From contig JAADIL010000267.1 of the NCBI GenBank assembly GCA_013151355.1, positions 1 through 56,368 of the forward strand: a stretch of 56,368 bases of DNA. Direction: 5' to 3'. The DNA comes from Gammaproteobacteria bacterium (GTDB lineage: Bacteria > Pseudomonadota > Gammaproteobacteria > SZUA-152). Shown in pieces: positions 55,977 through 56,368 of the stretch (its first letter is position 1; each line of letters starts with the position of its first letter). Under the pieces are notes generated by a model that saw only the letters and a program-made list of their open reading frames with translations, made no database searches and had not been told where the DNA came from. The translations under genes and the position numbers were made by a program.

Positions 55977-56106
55977 ATGCTTGAAAAATAACAACAATAC
56001 CCGCAGGGTGTATAAGGCGAATGTAGATCAAATTGATACTCATGTTCCAGGAAATACACTTGCGCCGATATTGAAGCTGCGATTGGTATGACTTACAGGT
56101 GCCGTA

Positions 56107-56280
56107 ATGTATTCATCATCGTCCAAAAAAAACTCGGAAGCAGGTGTATCTTCGCCATTTTCCGATTTCATCAGGAACGCGTCTTCCAGAGAAAAGAAGC
56201 GTGTTTATACTGACGTCTTGAAAAAGGCGACTGAAATGCAAAATGATGTGATTAAGCGGGTGCGATTGGTGTCCAGATAG
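56107..56280 (+). CDS. Candidate small protein (57 aa), below the ORF-track cutoff
   Basis: The ATG at 56107 has AGGTG 5 nt upstream. It encodes MYSSSSKKNSEAGVSSPFSDFIRNASSREKKRVYTDVLKKATEMQNDVIKRVRLVSR. A weak hairpin plus T-tract follows at about 56326-56350. Confidence 0.35.
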   Translation: MYSSSSKKNSEAGVSSPFSDFIRNASSREKKRVYTDVLKKATEMQNDVIKRVRLVSR

Positions 56281-56368
56281 TTGTTGCGTGACTTCGTCTG
56301 GTTATTTGACTCAAATAACAGAATTATCAGGGCCTTGCTTCGGTGAGGCTTTTCTGTGTTTGGGTAAA

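Overview
This window looks like gammaproteobacterial-type chromosomal DNA. Its centre is a complete-looking type VI secretion system (T6SS) locus at about 13.0-37.2 kb, arranged as two divergent operons. The minus operon is tssA-tssB-tssC-tssC'-tssE-tssF-tssG-clpV. The plus operon is tagH(fha)-tssJ-tssK-tssL-tssM-tagF-pppA-ppkA. No hcp, vgrG, PAAR or effector genes are present anywhere in the window. The most unusual point is what each T6SS operon runs into. Downstream of clpV lies a tightly packed set of four genes for TPR, lipoprotein and small exported proteins (7.8-12.9 kb). Downstream of ppkA lies a module with one ExbB-like, two ExbD-like and one TonB-like gene (37.5-40.2 kb), and the first ExbD copy lacks the canonical transmembrane Asp. 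Together these flanks have the component logic of a TolQR/TonB-like/TPR envelope machine split around the T6SS. The left flank carries a possible lipid- or polyene-oxidising operon (tectonin-repeat/catalase-related protein, RoxA-like di-haem cytochrome c, DUF2235 hydrolase), then moeA-mobB-mobA-greB. The visibly GC-richer right flank carries yceF, Sel1-repeat proteins, mazG, hrpA, slt, a CDGSH protein, yceI, an HsbA/HsbR-like partner-switching pair and a Sel1-SPOR protein. Other observations are two apparent frameshifts (di-haem cytochrome, hrpA), two MITE-like palindromic elements, a 6S-RNA-like structured intergenic region, a second promoter-plus-terminator sRNA candidate, and a repeat-rich 747-bp divergent T6SS control region. 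No rRNA, tRNA, CRISPR array, transposase or integrase was seen.
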